Of a DNA stretch of 64,000 nucleotides, positions 12,502-28,605 are shown in pieces (the stretch's first letter is position 1; each line of letters begins with the position of its first letter). Source of the stretch: the human T2T-CHM13v2.0 reference genome, Homo sapiens. The notes under the pieces were generated by a model. The model worked only from the letters and a program-made list of their open reading frames with translations. It had not been told where the DNA came from and did not search any database. The stretch lies in NCBI RefSeq assembly GCF_009914755.1, contig NC_060930.1. One strand, 5' to 3'. The position numbers and the translations under genes are program-made.

Positions 12502-13149
12502 TGTAAAACAAAAATAAAATTCTAAGCCCCTCAACCGTCAGAGTGGACCTCCTCTCAGCCAAGGGAATTCCAAAGTTAACCTAAAAACTAGTCCAGGCCC
12601 TGATGGAAAGGGGGCATTGAATTTGCTTCATTATACCATCCTCCTTTTCAAATGCAGGTCCAGCTGACCAGTGTTAACATCAACACAGACCTTAAGACTA
12701 AGAGAACAGATCCTTTAAGTCTGATAAGAGACATTTACAATCTATTATCTCAGAAGCCTGCTACCTGGAGGCTTCATCTGCTTGATAAAATCTTGGTCTC
12801 CACAGCCCCTTGTCTGAACCCACACATTCCTTTATATTGATTCCAGTTTAGGCAATAACTCTTTCAACCAATTGCCAATCAGAAAATCTTTGAATCTGCC
12901 TATGACCTGGAAGACTTCACTTCCAGTTGTCCCACCTTTCCAGATGGAACCAAAATACATCTTACATGTATTGACTGATGACTTATGTCTCCCTAAGATG
13001 TATAAAACCAAGTTCAAGTTGTAGCCCAACAACCTTGGGCACATGTTCTAAGGATCTCCTGAGGGCTGTGTCACAGGCCATTAGTCACTGATATTTGGCT
13101 CAGAATAAATTTCTTCCAATATTTTACAGTTTGATTATTTTCGTCAACA
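12502..13149 (+). mobile_element. MER4-family ERV1 solo LTR (MER4B-like)
   Basis: TGTAAAACAAAAATAAAATTCTAAGCCCC start; TATAAAA, GGCTCAGAATAAA, TTTTCGTCAACA end. Confidence 0.88.
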
Positions 13150-13223
13150 AATATACGTTGTTTTTTGTTGTTGCTGTTGTTTTTCTTTTCTTAAAAGAAA
13201 TGTTAGGGAATGATATGCCTGGT

Positions 13224-13613
13224 TGTGATGGTTAATATTGAGTGTCAACTTGATTGGATTGAAGGGTGCAAAATATTGATCCTGGGTGTGTCTGTGAGGG
13301 TGTTGCCAAAGGAGGCTAACATTTGAGTCAGTGGCCTGGGAAAGGCAGACCCACCCTTGATCTGGGTGGGTACCATCTAATCAGCTGCCAGCATGGCCAG
13401 GATGTAAAGCAGGCAGAAAAATGTAAAAAGACTAGACTGACTTAGCCTCCTAGCTTACATCTCTGTCCCATGCTGGATGCTTCTTACCCTTGAACATCGG
13501 GCTCCAAGTTCTTCAGCTTTGGGGCTCGGACTGGCTTTCCTGCTCCTCAGCTTGCAGATGGCCTATTGTGGGACCTTGTGATCATGGGAGTTAATACTGC
13601 TCAATAAACTCCC

Positions 13614-13652
<39 letters not shown>

Positions 13653-13805
13653 CACATATATATAATAGAATATATACATATAATAGGATATTATATATAT
13701 AATATGATAGGAGATATATATATGTGTGTGTGTGTGTGCGTATACACATATATATAATAGAATATATACATATAATAGGATATTATATATATAATATGAT
13801 AGGAG

Positions 13806-13839
<34 letters not shown>

Positions 13840-13881
13840 ATCCTATCAGTTCTGTCCCTCTAGAGAACCCTGACTAATACT
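13224..13881 (+). mobile_element. MLT2A2-like ERVL solo LTR with expanded internal microsatellite
   Basis: TGTGATGGTTAATATTGAGTGTCAACTTGATTGG...TAGAGAACCCTGACTAATAC; near-TSD CTGGT/CTGTT. Confidence 0.92.
13614..13840. repeat. Compound (TG)n/(TA)n minisatellite, two copies of a 92-bp unit
   Basis: TATACACATATATATAATAGAATATATACATATAATAGGATATT... at 13649 and 13741, flanked by three (TG)n tracts. Confidence 0.92.
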
Positions 13882-14442
13882 CTGTTTATGAAACAAACCA
13901 TCTTTGAATGCAATCAACTTGCAGAGTGGCTATGTGTAACTTTTTTGCTTCTTTTCCAGAGATTCCAGAAAATGTTCACAAAATTCAGTAGTAAATTTAA
14001 AAATAACTATTAGTATTGACCAGAAGTTACATATAGGAATGGTTTTTGCGGTCTTGGGTAACACAGAAAGGACCCGAGCTGTCTCTGTGTAAAGCCCCTC
14101 TTTTCATAGCCTCCCTTTCTATAGTGGAGAGTGCTCATTAGTTGACGGGTGCCTTTCTTCTTAGAGTATGTAGTAGATGCCAACTGTTTTAGTCACCCTG
14201 CACTAAGTTACTATCATGCATATGCAAGTTAAAACACTGAACACTTGTATGTAATAAATTTAGGCAAATTAGCTCATTCCTTCTTTTCACGAACACTCTC
14301 ATAAATCAAGCTTTATATACTAGATGCATAGGGATATTGTGTTATCAATATTACATAAATATTGTTACTAATCTATAAATGTAGATTAGGTTTAATGCTA
14401 GATGTAATTTACTAAAACAGAGAGCAATTCCCAGTATTAGAT

Positions 14443-14445
<3 letters not shown>

Positions 14446-14483
<38 letters not shown>
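14446..14483. repeat. (AC)19 microsatellite
   Basis: Uninterrupted AC run. Confidence 0.95.
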
Positions 14484-14485
<2 letters not shown>

Positions 14486-17448
14486 TAAATGAGTCTTGCC
14501 TCTTGGGCAACATTATCTTAATGGGCAATGCTGTTTCCATTGTGGGTCTGTCCTCAGGGATGCTCTCTATTATGATGCTAAAACCCATCATTGCCATCCC
14601 CATTAGCAGTGTAATCCACCTCTTCTCCCCTACCTGGGAAGGTCGCCTACCTGCCTCCAATATTCTGCGGTTATTATCAAACCCACAGTGCAGTACAGGA
14701 TTGGAAGAGGCACTAGTCATCTGTTAGACCAGATGGATGATCTTTAGTTGTAGTGTTTATACATTTGTAAGACAGGAAACATCTGGGTATTGGAAATACA
14801 GAAGGGCTCTTGTTTTTCCCTGATCTAATGACCAAAGCATCTGCTTTAGAATTTGGGGGGATTTGAGATAAACTTCTAAAACCTAAGAATGTTGGTCAGT
14901 TTTAATTTCATCAATAATAACCTACTTGTAAATTGAAAACTGAAAGTTTTTCTGTAGGACGCCTTCCAAATTAAGTTAGAAAATGAAATTGATCTTCAGC
15001 TCTTGACTCCAAATTCAAGAAAAAGTGAAGGAGCCTTCATTGACGTCTTCTGCTTCTAAGAAAAGAGTTTGACTTGGAAAGGGATGGTTTCTTTCCCTCA
15101 CTTGAAATCTTCCCTCATGATGTGAGCACTGTCTCTGGCCTCTGAAGGTTGAATTCTGTGGGTGCCTTGTGTCAGCTCTTCTCAGAGGTTCAGATGCTGT
15201 CACTCCTGAGTCTAAGGTCAGCCCTGCCTGCCTGACAGACACAACTCGTAATACTCTGTATCTCACACTCTTGGGTTTATTACAGTGAACACTGAATGTT
15301 CCAGAGCAGACTCAGGGAAGCCCCACCCTTAACATTCTGTAATATTCAGGTCCAAGGGAGTAGTAATCCCTTTGACAAAAATCTAAACCAGATTTCCTCT
15401 TTGGGCTAAGTAAGGTAATACAGCAAATCAGATTCCAGTTCTAAGAAAAACTAAAAGGAACTGGAGAGGCTTCCTGTTTCATTCTCCTCTCTGTGCCCCT
15501 GATTTTCTCTGTAGCAATCTCTGGACAAATGACTGTTGTTTCCTTGTAAACTCTCAGCAATAGGGGTACAGTCATTTTTAAAAATATATTCAGATTTTAA
15601 GATAAAATGGATAACTTCTTTCTACAATTTTAACATAACTTTATTGCATAATTGTTTTCCCTTCCCATTTGCATATTTATTTTATGTTAGTGATTTTTGC
15701 CTAGTAAATGTTTGAAGACATAAAAAGGAATTTTTAGAAACTTTTCTTTTGAATAATACATTTTCATTTAAAATTTCTCTGTGAAATTATTAAGAAAGCA
15801 GCACTTATGTGAGTTGTGTGTGTGTGATTTTGGGGAGTGTGCTCAGTAGCACAGAACAAATGAATTAGCTGCATCCTCATTGTACAAAATCCTCGGAGGC
15901 AATGACGCTGTCCATGTGCAAAGTGCTGATCTCTGTAGAATACTGTATTCTGCAGCCTCTTCACCTTGTTGTCTGGTGTCTCTGCATACCTTTGTTCTCC
16001 TTAAATACCAAATGTCAATGCCATCAATTCACCAAAACAGAGGCCATTCTCACTGCAGTTCAGTGAATTGTATGAAAAAAGAGGAAATTTAAGCAACTTG
16101 GGCGTATAAGATGTATGACAGCACACACTACACAAAGCATAAAAGCAGGGTGCTTCACAACACTGAAGAATGGAAGAGCAGGAAAGTCAAAGAAAATAAA
16201 CGCATTGACTTTCTGGTACCATCTGCATGTAATGATTTCAGGTCTAGTCACCTCCTGAGCCTGTCCATGGAGATAAAGGGCTTCCTGAGGACACTGGAAG
16301 GCTAAGGCTCAGATAAAGAGACCCCAGCACTAGCACTGTCTTTCCTGCTGTCCCCTGCTGCCATGGCAATGCAGCTTTGATGGTGCTGAGTTTGGTTCTC
16401 TTAGGAGAGTCCAGGGTTTGCAAACATTCCTACGTGTGGAAGTCCAGGGATTGTTCCTGGGATTTCTTACAGAAGAGTAATCTAAACTGAGTGTCTGAGT
16501 GCAGAGCAGGAGAAGAGCTTGGTTTCCTTCTCAAGTGTAGCAGAACCCTAGCTGCACAGAGAATGTCACAGGCAGTTGTGTACCCTTTAGAAAACGCAGG
16601 GCAGGAGAGTAATTCTTCTAGAGGTTTGTTCCACCTGCCCCTACTCTGTGTTTCCACCTCATTGCTGTTAAGTTTTGTTTTCTGGGGTAAACATGTTGGG
16701 GCATATAGCAGTTGGGTATTATTGGTCTTTTCTTGCCCATTTACTGGCCACCTGCAATGTTGCAAGGTCATAATACATTGTTATGACCACATCATAAGTG
16801 CAGTGAGAAATGTTTCTGCAAGGGTTGTTGAAATTCTGGAAAGTAACACAAGCTCATGTAGCTGCTTTGGAATACCTAAATTATTATCTAGGCATGTCTT
16901 AGCAAAAGTGAGAGATACCTGTCCCATTTGGGATATTTAATGAAAACAAAGTATATTTAAGGTTTTAGTTTTTTATATTCAAGACAGAATTTTAAAATTC
17001 CATGAAATAAAAATTAAGGACTAAAATACAATTTGAAGGCATATTGGGATAATTATTTTACATGGTACGAATCCTAAGGTGGGCCAGAAAATGGGCTATT
17101 ACTGGTCTTGCTAATAATGATAGATGTAGGCTTGATGCCAATTAGAGATTCCTGAGCATGCATAAACTTGGTACATGTCTAAAGATTTTCACACAAAATT
17201 TTACTCCACAGAATGAATTTGACCAGAAACAGTGATGTTCTAAATATCTTGGCAGATAAAGGAGGACTGTCATGCAGAAAGGCCCTGGCAACAGAATTTC
17301 ACCCTCCAGGGTAAAAGTCCCAGGTTACTACAGGAGTAGCATGTGGTTTAATAAAAAAAAAAGTTAGGGTGTACATACAGATATATACTCGTGCATAAGT
17401 TTATTAGGAATTTTACTGATAACAAAATATTTATAAATAATAAAATAG

Positions 17449-17719
17449 GGCCAGGCACGGTGGCTCACGCCTGTAATCCCAGCACTTCGGGAGGCAGAGG
17501 CAGGCGGATCACAAGGTCAGGAGATGGAGACCATCCTGGCTAACATGGTGAAATCCCGTCTCTACTAAAAATACAAAAAATTAGCTGGGCATGGTGGTGG
17601 GCACCTGTAGTCCTAGCTGCTCGGGAGGCTGAGGCAGGAGAATCGCTTGAACCCGGAGGCGGAGGTTGCAGTGAGCCGAGATTGTGCCACTGCACTCCAG
17701 CCTGGGCAACAGAGCGAGA
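17449..17719 (+). mobile_element. Alu SINE (AluSc8-like), lacking 3' end and A-tail
   Basis: GAGATGGAGACCATCCTGGCTAAC; stops at ...CAACAGAGCGAGA. Confidence 0.93.
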
Positions 17720-18054
17720 AAATTGAATTTCACAGAAAGCTTGTATTGATTTTTGAAAAAAGTTTGTTTAAGGTGGACAACCTATGGTTGCACTCGAATA
17801 CCAAGTATAGCTCTGCCATAAACATTGATTAAGATTTTTATTTACATTGGATAACATGAATGTGAAACAACACATATGAGGAACTTCACTAGTTCATTAA
17901 TGAGGCTTCTTTTGTAAATTGGGAAATGGTTTTGAACACCAGAACAATATTCTCTGATGTTTTGTGCCATTCATAATGTAACAGCAGCAGACAAGACCTA
18001 GTTTAAATTTTTACCTTCACTATTGATGTTTTTCAATACTTTCTTATGTTTAGA

Positions 18055-18445
18055 TGATCAATAAAACCATGAATCAAGCCCTGATTTGTAGCATTTACTG
18101 ATTTCTGCAGTAAAAATTCTCCCAACATAGGTGTCAAGCTACCAGCATGATTTCATTGAGCCAGAGATGGGGAGAGAAGTGCTGTAGAGCACCGTTAGAC
18201 AGTGTTCCCTCCACACACAGCAGTCAACACCAAGGACCTTAACACCACAGATAATAGTGCAGTACTGGAGAATAATTAGAAATAATGGAGAAAATTAATT
18301 TTGCATATTGATTGCCTTTGAATTTAATATAATTTAATTGTGACTATATAATTTATTTATTAAAACATCTCTGTTAAGCAACAGACTTGTAAAATTTCTG
18401 AAGATTTAACGATCAACTCTGAATAAGAGATTTTGCTCCTGGATA
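18055..18445 (-). mobile_element. MER63-family hAT DNA transposon fragment
   Basis: AATCAAGCCCTGATTTGTAGCATTT...TCAAGCTACCA...AAAATTTCTGAAGATTTAACGATC resembles reverse MER63. Confidence 0.65.
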
Positions 18446-19508
18446 CCAAAGTCTGTTAGTTTCCTATCCTAGAAAATCATGGAGAGTGGAGATCTCATTT
18501 CCTTGTGTCTTCATCTAATAACCAATTTTAAATAAACATTTACATTTTCTCTGAGATCTAGTACTTACAACTTACATTCTACCGCCCACTTTTATGATGG
18601 TTAGAATGCATTTGCTGCAGCTAATGTTAAGGGTGAATGAACAATAAGTTATTGAAGTAAATTTCAAAGAAGCAGCTGCTGATATGCCTTTCAAGTTATT
18701 TAGATTCCTCAAAACAGTGCTGTAAACAATAATGAAAGACATTTGGAAAAACATAAGAGGTTTATGAAAATCTACAACCCAATCATTTGCTCTCATGAAA
18801 AAACATCATTGTGAATGTTCACATTTAGGTGAGTTCTATCTCAATAACTAGAGGAGGTGGTTTATTACAAGAATACTGCACATAGTTCTGTTTTCATAGT
18901 AAGTAAACATTAACTGTAAATGAAAAAGAAAATTCAAATATTCTAGAAAACATCAAAAAAGAGAGTAAATAATACATTTCAGGAAGATCAGTAATTATTT
19001 TGGAGGGAACATTTTTTTCTATTACTTTGCAAACTAAATGTAATGATTTGATTTAAATTTCGGGAAGTCTTCTGTGAACATTTGTTTATTATAAGACTAC
19101 CAAAGATCACTTTGGTGCAGGGTGGGACCTTAGAAACCATCTCATTTCATTTTTGAATATTCATTGACTTTGAGGAGTTAAATTTCTATCAAAATAATTG
19201 AACACTGTTCAAATCTACATTGATGGCAGCACCAAAAAAACACAGACCATTTCCAAAAGATATTAATGCAAAATATTTCCATTTTGCCTGCAACATTTAC
19301 ATTTTCCCTCCCCCTTGACTAGCCACAGCAACTGCATCAGATTTCTTTCAGCAAAATTTACATAAAGACCAAAGAAATGGAAAAAGAGAAGAAATTGCAA
19401 AGTAAACAGAATTATTTTAGCCTTGCGAAGAGGGGTATCAGCATGTTTTCATGTCTTGACTAAGTCTCAGGATCTAGGATAAAAAAGCAACTTAGAAAGG
19501 ATTATTTA

Positions 19509-19817
19509 GGCTGAAAGCAGTGGCTCATGCCTGTAATCCTAGCACTACGGGAGGCTGAGGTGGGTGGATCACCTGAGGTCAGGAGTTTGAGACCAGCCTG
19601 GCTAGCATGGTGAAACCCCGTTTCTACTAAAAATACAAAAAATTGGCTGGGAGTGGTGGTGCATGCTTGTAATCCCAGCTACTTGGGAGGCTGCGGCAGG
19701 AGGATCGCTTGAACCTGGGAGGTAGAGGTTGCAGTGAGATCATGTCATTGCACTCCAGCTTGGGCAACAAGAGTGAAACTTCGTCTCAAAAAAAAAAAAA
19801 ACAAAAACAAAAACAAA
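19509..19817 (+). mobile_element. Alu SINE (AluSq-like)
   Basis: CAACAAGAGTGAAACT 3' end, A/CAAAAA tail, TSD AAAGG(A/G)TTATTTA. Confidence 0.95.
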
Positions 19818-20039
19818 GGGTTATTTAATTCAATTTTTTGACTTTGGGTATGACTATATCTAAAGATTGCAAATAGTATTTTATACCATGTTCTATGTAG
19901 ACATAGTAACAGGACAATAGGTGATTCACATAATTCAAATAATGTAAGCAAAAGAACTTGTTAAAGAGACAGGTAATAGGGAAGTAGAGATAAAGAGAGA
20001 CCCCTTGGTCTCCAATTAGGTGGCTGTTTCAAAATCTAG

Positions 20040-20992
<953 letters not shown>

Positions 20993-22327
20993 GGTTATCC
21001 GTGTTCAAAATGTTTCCCATAGAATAATGAGGTCCTGTCAAATGCCTCGATCTTCCAGTTTGCCTATCAGTAAATTTGGGTGAAGATTTAACATTTACCT
21101 TATGTGGGATAAAAAGAGAATTTATGGAGTAACAGTTTATATAACACTCTAAGAGCCTTATGTTTAAAAAGTGCAAAATAGGTTCAGTGCTTAAAATAGC
21201 GACAGCAAGCAAACAGCATAGATTCATGGCAGAGGTTAATTCCATAAGCCAAAAAGCTAATGTTTTGAGTGAAAAGGGGGAAAAAATCATACATTTGTAC
21301 TTGCAGTTGTAAACAAGAAGGCATGCTGGGTAGGTAGCCTGAAGCCGCTGGAATTAGAAAAATCCTTTCTGAGATTTTCTTTCCATTATTTATAGGCTAG
21401 AGAAGATTCATTGTTTGCAAAACAACAGGGGCAGCTCTGTTTCTACATCCGTTGACACAGGAAAATCTTTTCATGGAGGATTTATTTGAAGTTCTGTAGT
21501 CATTTTTCCCCTTCTATCTGGATATTTTAAATATAAAAAGTCAAATGGCAAAAGTTTTCCATTTGATACTAAATCAACATTAAAAAGGACTACTATTCTG
21601 AATGGGTTAGGGTAAAGTTAGAAAAGGGAAAGGAAGAATTGTCAATAATACACAGAAGATTTAATTAGTGGAAATATTAGTTGCTGAAATAATAATTTAA
21701 ATAGGTGAGGTCCTTGGTTTGTTTCTCTCTTTTTGGCTAAATTCAAGTGTAAGTATTACCAAGAAACTGTTTATTCATTTTTGACATGGGCCCTCTATTG
21801 AAATAAAGCTGATTTTAGGAGGAGCATTTATGAAGGAGAGTAGAGTGCTAGAATTCAGATTCCACCCAACTGATATACCAGAATGCCCTTTTTGCTATTG
21901 TAACTGCTCCAGAAACCTCCAGGTTTAAGGAAAACATGAAGCACATTGGATCTGTTCCTGAAGGAATTTTTCATTCATGCGTTGATGTTGTTTTGACAAT
22001 ATAGCAATTCTCACCTTCAAGGAGATCTCTTAATTATTCAAGTTAAAAAAAGTATATATTTAATGTGTAAAACATAATGTTTTGATATATACATACATAG
22101 TAAAGTGATTACTACAATCAAGTCAATTAACATAGGAGGGGTTTTCAAAATCTTCATAGAAAATGCATATTATGAAAAAAGTATGCGTGGATTTCAATTT
22201 TTTTGCAGTAAAATAGACTCATACTAACTTATTGTAACCATGTCTGAACAGAATCTAGTTTGAAGTACTAAGAAGGATTAGACATAAGTTTGAAAAGAAA
22301 AAAAACAAAAAATCCTATCAGAACAAC

Positions 22328-23650
<1,323 letters not shown>

Positions 23651-26600
23651 AAGTTTATATTTTTTATTCTTGTATTTTAATTCCTTTGGCCAAAAACTTT
23701 TTGAAGTCCTCTGGTATGCATCATCTCAGATAGTTACCTTTCTTTTCTGTGTGTAAGAGTACCTAAAATCTACTCCCTTGACAAATTTCCAGGATTCAAT
23801 ACAATATTACTAACTAGGGTTACAGTTAGTAACTTGTGGATAGATGTCTAGATTTACTCACATTACATTGCTGTAATTTCCTACCCTTTCACCTGCATCT
23901 CCCCATTTCCCCCCTTGCCTTCCTTCTCCCACCAACCATCATTCTATTATCTATTTCTATGAATTTGATTGCTTGTTTGTTTTTAATATTCCACATATAA
24001 GTAAGATAATGCAGTCTTTTTCTATGTCTGGCTTATTTCACTTAGAATAACATCTTCTAGGTTTATCCATGTTTTCACAATTGGCAGGATTTCCTTATTT
24101 TATAAGTTTGGATAATATTCCATCATATATATCACAGTTTATCCATTCATGCATCGATAGGCACTTCAGTTGTTTCCATGTCTTGGCCACTGTGAATAAT
24201 GCTGCAAGGAATATGAGAGTGGAGCTATCTTTACAAGGTGGTGATTTCATTTATTTTGGGTATATACTCCAGAAGAGGGATTGCTGGGCTATATGGTAGT
24301 TCTGTTTTAAATTTCTTTAGAAACCAACACACTGTTTTTCATGATGGCAGCAGCAATCTACATTCACACCAACAGTGTAGAAAGTTTCATGTTCTCCACT
24401 CCGTTGCCAACATTGTTATCTCTTGTCTTTTTGATAAAAGCCGTTCTAACAGGTGTGAGGTCATATCTCATTGGGGGTTTGGATTTCTTTTTTTCCCTGC
24501 TGATTAATGAGGTTGAACATGTTTTCATTAATCTGTTGGCTACTGTTATGTGTGTGTGTGTGTGTTTTTTTTTTTTGAGATACTCCCATTCAGGTCCTTT
24601 GCCTTTTTTTTTTAAATTGGGTTTTTAAATTATTTTGCTATGGAGGTATGTGAATTCCTGAGATATTTTGGATATTCATGACTTGCCCACTACTCCTAAG
24701 ATTACCAAATTCAAATTTAAGGCAACAAAAGTATTTCTCCAAGTGATACAGAAAACTAGTCTCATTATGTTAGAAAGACTCATGGAATAATTTCTAACTA
24801 CTTACTCAATTCTTGTGTTATACTCAGATTTCTCCCCAAGACTTAATAAGCTCTGGAGTTCGGTAAGAAACATCAGTCTTATGACTGTATGACTGATGAG
24901 CAGCAAAGGAAAAAATGCTGTGTGTCGTCTTTTAGGTAGGTCCTTCCTCATGTTCCTTTGTTAATTAGGACCTTCTGGTTGAAAGTGTCAGAAACATGTT
25001 TGTGCTAACTTAAACAAAAATCCAGAGGAAAGCGGCTGAACCTCAGGATAAGACGAGGGTATGAAACATGAGCAGAATTCTCCCATCTCTTCCTCGCTCT
25101 GCATAGCTCCTTGATTTTTCTGTCTTTGCAGTGACTACCTCAGCTTATCTGATCCACATGGAAAAACAAAAAATGGCCATACGCAGTTCCAACATTGATC
25201 TGTTACTGGTCAGACCCCCAGAAGGAGCCTGCATCAACAATGGATAAAATTTCAGTCTTAGGGGTAGAGCTGCATAGGCGAAACAGTGGTGGCAGCCAGA
25301 GACAGGGAGACTTTGGGCAGGCTGCCCAGGGCCTGCATGCGGGTGTGGGGTACATCCTCGGGGAAAGGCACTGGACAGCCTGAAACACAGCTTGCTTGGT
25401 GCATAGTGTTTGAATCACACAATGCCTGATCGGATACCATCACAGCAAATATGAAGTTTGTTCTGTTGTAAGCAATTGGTCTCAATGGCCTTTTAAAATT
25501 ATATCCCCTCCCCCACTCCACATTGGGAAAATGTGTCATTTTCACTTAGTTGCTTCTGATGGGATCTGGCTTCTTAAAAAATCTACTTTGGCAGTGCAAA
25601 TAATCCCTTTCCTAATATAAGTGGACTCATGTTATTCCTGGGAATGTGGATTGTGGGACATGAGGCTACCCCAGGGATTGGTTTTCTATCTGTCTGTCAG
25701 CCCCTCAATTCCCATTTCCTACCATCCATCCACATGCCTGAATAATTGCCCCTGGAATTGAGACATCTTTATGAACTAATCATGGCCTCCGCTGAAGCAG
25801 GATCTTTCCTCTCCATTTGCAGTGATTTTGGGGGTGATCTATTCCATTACTTCTGGCATGCATTCAGACTTACATTTCCACACTTGATCTTTTCTGGCTG
25901 TTAAAGGCCATATCTCTTGTAGGACGTCTTAATTCTAAAATTCCAGCGATTTCATTACCATCTCAAAGTGGATGAGGAAGACGGATTTCTCAAGGGTAAA
26001 GTTTCTAGAGAGAATTCTCTCGCACATTGTTGAGATTTAAGGCATTATTAGATAGATTCTGCCCTGATCCAGTCAGCCTTCCCTTTCCTTCAGGGGCTGT
26101 TGGTAAAAGGGAAATAAAATTGTGCATGTATCACTTTCTGGGCCACTACTTGATTATTTGATGTAAGACTTTCATAGATAAAGCTGGAGCATGTTACTTA
26201 AGCTCAAAGCTAAAGTGAGAAATCCTTTTCTTTCTGAAACAGAAACACACCAGGGTAGAAGAAAAGAGGTAAAGAAAAAAATAAGGCAAGCTCCAGGAAA
26301 CTTACCTACCTAGACATGAACGCAGGAAAATAGAAGATTCAGAGGTTTAATATAATAACCCTGTCCATTAAAATACACAGACATATCTGTATCCTGGAAA
26401 CTGACCCAATCATATTAAAATTATCTCCTTTTTGGGAGGAGAAGGAAGGGGTTCTTCATCATTTTATGCCACTTCTATGCCACTTTTCAATCTCTTTCAC
26501 ATATGCACACACATCCAAAGACACATATTACTGTAACCATCATAGTTGCCGTGGAAGCACAACCATCAGCTGGTAATGTGGTTTTAAAATACCAGAGTAA

Positions 26601-28394
26601 ATTTAATGTTTTCTAAAAAGTTTATTTTTCTACATTCAGGCTGATATTGTTACTAAATGCTCTCTCTCTCTCATAAAACACAGAAGAATAAATCTGGAAT
26701 TTATTTGTGAAGATTACAAGAGGTGATAAAAAGCAGTAGCTATAACGATATCTACTGAGTTGCCCTTCCCCGAATCTTTATTTGAGACTTTAACTCCTGA
26801 ACTATTGTGGTTCTCATTTCTGTGATTCTCACCCCTTACACATTTACCCTGTCCACTATTCCTAAATGAATTGCTTAAATAAATATTATGATAATTAATT
26901 TTTTTGTCTATCTTGTTTCATAATTTCACTACCCTCATCGCCAGCCTTCCAAGGCTCTCTAAAGTCATTTCTGCCACTCTGATTATGTAATACCCTGTTT
27001 CAAAATCACAGTCTTCCCTTGCTTCCCCACCACCACTTTTCACTTTATATCCTTGATAGGCGCATGTGCTTTTATATTTTCAAGAGTTTATATTTTCAAG
27101 AGTTTACCATCTTCTGTGTTTGAAAGTAGACCTTTCATTGCACCTCTGCTCTGGGTGACTCAGTGAGCTTTCTCTTCCCTCCTACCTGGCCATAGTGCCT
27201 CATTTATCATGGGGCTTCCAGAGGTCACCTGGGCAGACAGCTTTGCAAGACACCAGAACACATGTGCTCACGTTTCCCAAGTTTCTCTAAAGGCCCTTAG
27301 CAATTGTTCTTCATCAAGGAAGAAACTGGCTTGAGTTCCATACTAACAGAAAATAAAAATAAAATTTTAAATGCCAAAATACTAATGAGGAATTCTGAAG
27401 TCAGCAAAGGCAGACTCAGAAGACACTTTTAGAATGAGTGGATGTTCATGAACATGCCACGGATTTGTCAGTTGGTTGCATGTTTGAGTCTTTCCTAGTA
27501 GTGAAATTGAATTTGTACTGATTCATTCGTACACTCTCATCCATCCTGCCCTCTCCCTGGACCCAGTGGCGTGATCTCAGATGGTTGGCTAGAATCGCTA
27601 GTGTGGTTTGTAACTACAGCACAAAGCAAAGTTAATTTTATAACTGGAGGAGCAAATCCATGACCTTTGGGCTAAGCAGCATGGTTTACACCTTTGCAGA
27701 ACTAACCTACTGTTAAGTATAATACGGGCATCTTGACTACAAAATCTATAAAAACTCTTGAATTTACATGTCCAGAGGAGCAGGGATTTTGTGGTACATC
27801 CTGCCTAATCATTGCTGGAACCCTATAAATATTAAACAGTAAACATACAGCTCAACTGTGCTGCTGTCTGCAACTTGCTTTGCATGCATAATTAGAATAA
27901 ATGACAAATTCATGTCAGTCTATCCAGATAGAGTGCACATGGACACCATTAATTGTTTAGTGAAAAATATGAAGTGAAACTTGGGTAGTTTAATAGTAAA
28001 ATGGCATTATGAATTATTCCACCCATCAATATATATAAATCCGGGCATGAAAAGCAACTCAAAATAGTTTTTACATAATAAAACATGACACATTGTCGTG
28101 ATGCTATTAATTATTGCTCTGTAGATTATTTTACTGTGTCTACGAATATTTAGTGTTTTTCTATTACATAAGAATTTTGACTTTTCATGATGCCTATTAA
28201 AGTGATAGTCCATACATTTTTTTAAACCATAATTTAAATCATTATTCCTTTCAAGAAAATATACAGCAACCTCTGAAGGGAATGAGTATTTGGATACTTT
28301 TCTAAACGATTTTGTAAGAATTGAGAATAAATATTGTAGTAAACAGAATTTCTTGTTTAAAGCCCTTAACGTTTTTCTCTTTGTTCGAAGGACA

Positions 28395-28605
28395 GGAATA
28401 CAGTGAAAAAAAGAGACCTCGGCTAGAGATTGTGTTCTACAGTTTATCAACTGCGTGACCTTGGTCAAGCCAATTAGCCCCTTTGTGCTTGTTTTCTAAA
28501 CTTTAAAAACAGAACCATGTTTGCTTTTCCAGCTTCACGTATAAGGATTAAATGAGATAACATATGTAATACTTTGTGGAAAGGCACTGGAAATATAAGA
28601 TACTG
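28395..28605 (+). mobile_element. MIR SINE
   Basis: CTGCGTGACCTTGGTCAAG...AGGATTAAATGAGATAACATATGTAA. Confidence 0.7.

Noticed and set aside
13614-13840. Repeat-spacer-like periodicity suggesting a CRISPR-type array
   Set aside because: Eukaryotic context, only two units, microsatellite spacers and no cas genes.
27071-27102. 16-bp tandem duplication TTTATATTTTCAAGAG (similar ones at 35805-35832 and about 60921-60950)
   Set aside because: Ordinary slippage-type microduplications.
27640-27710. Faint tRNA-derived SINE-like sequence on the minus strand
   Set aside because: Too degenerate to call, and no cloverleaf supports a tRNA gene.
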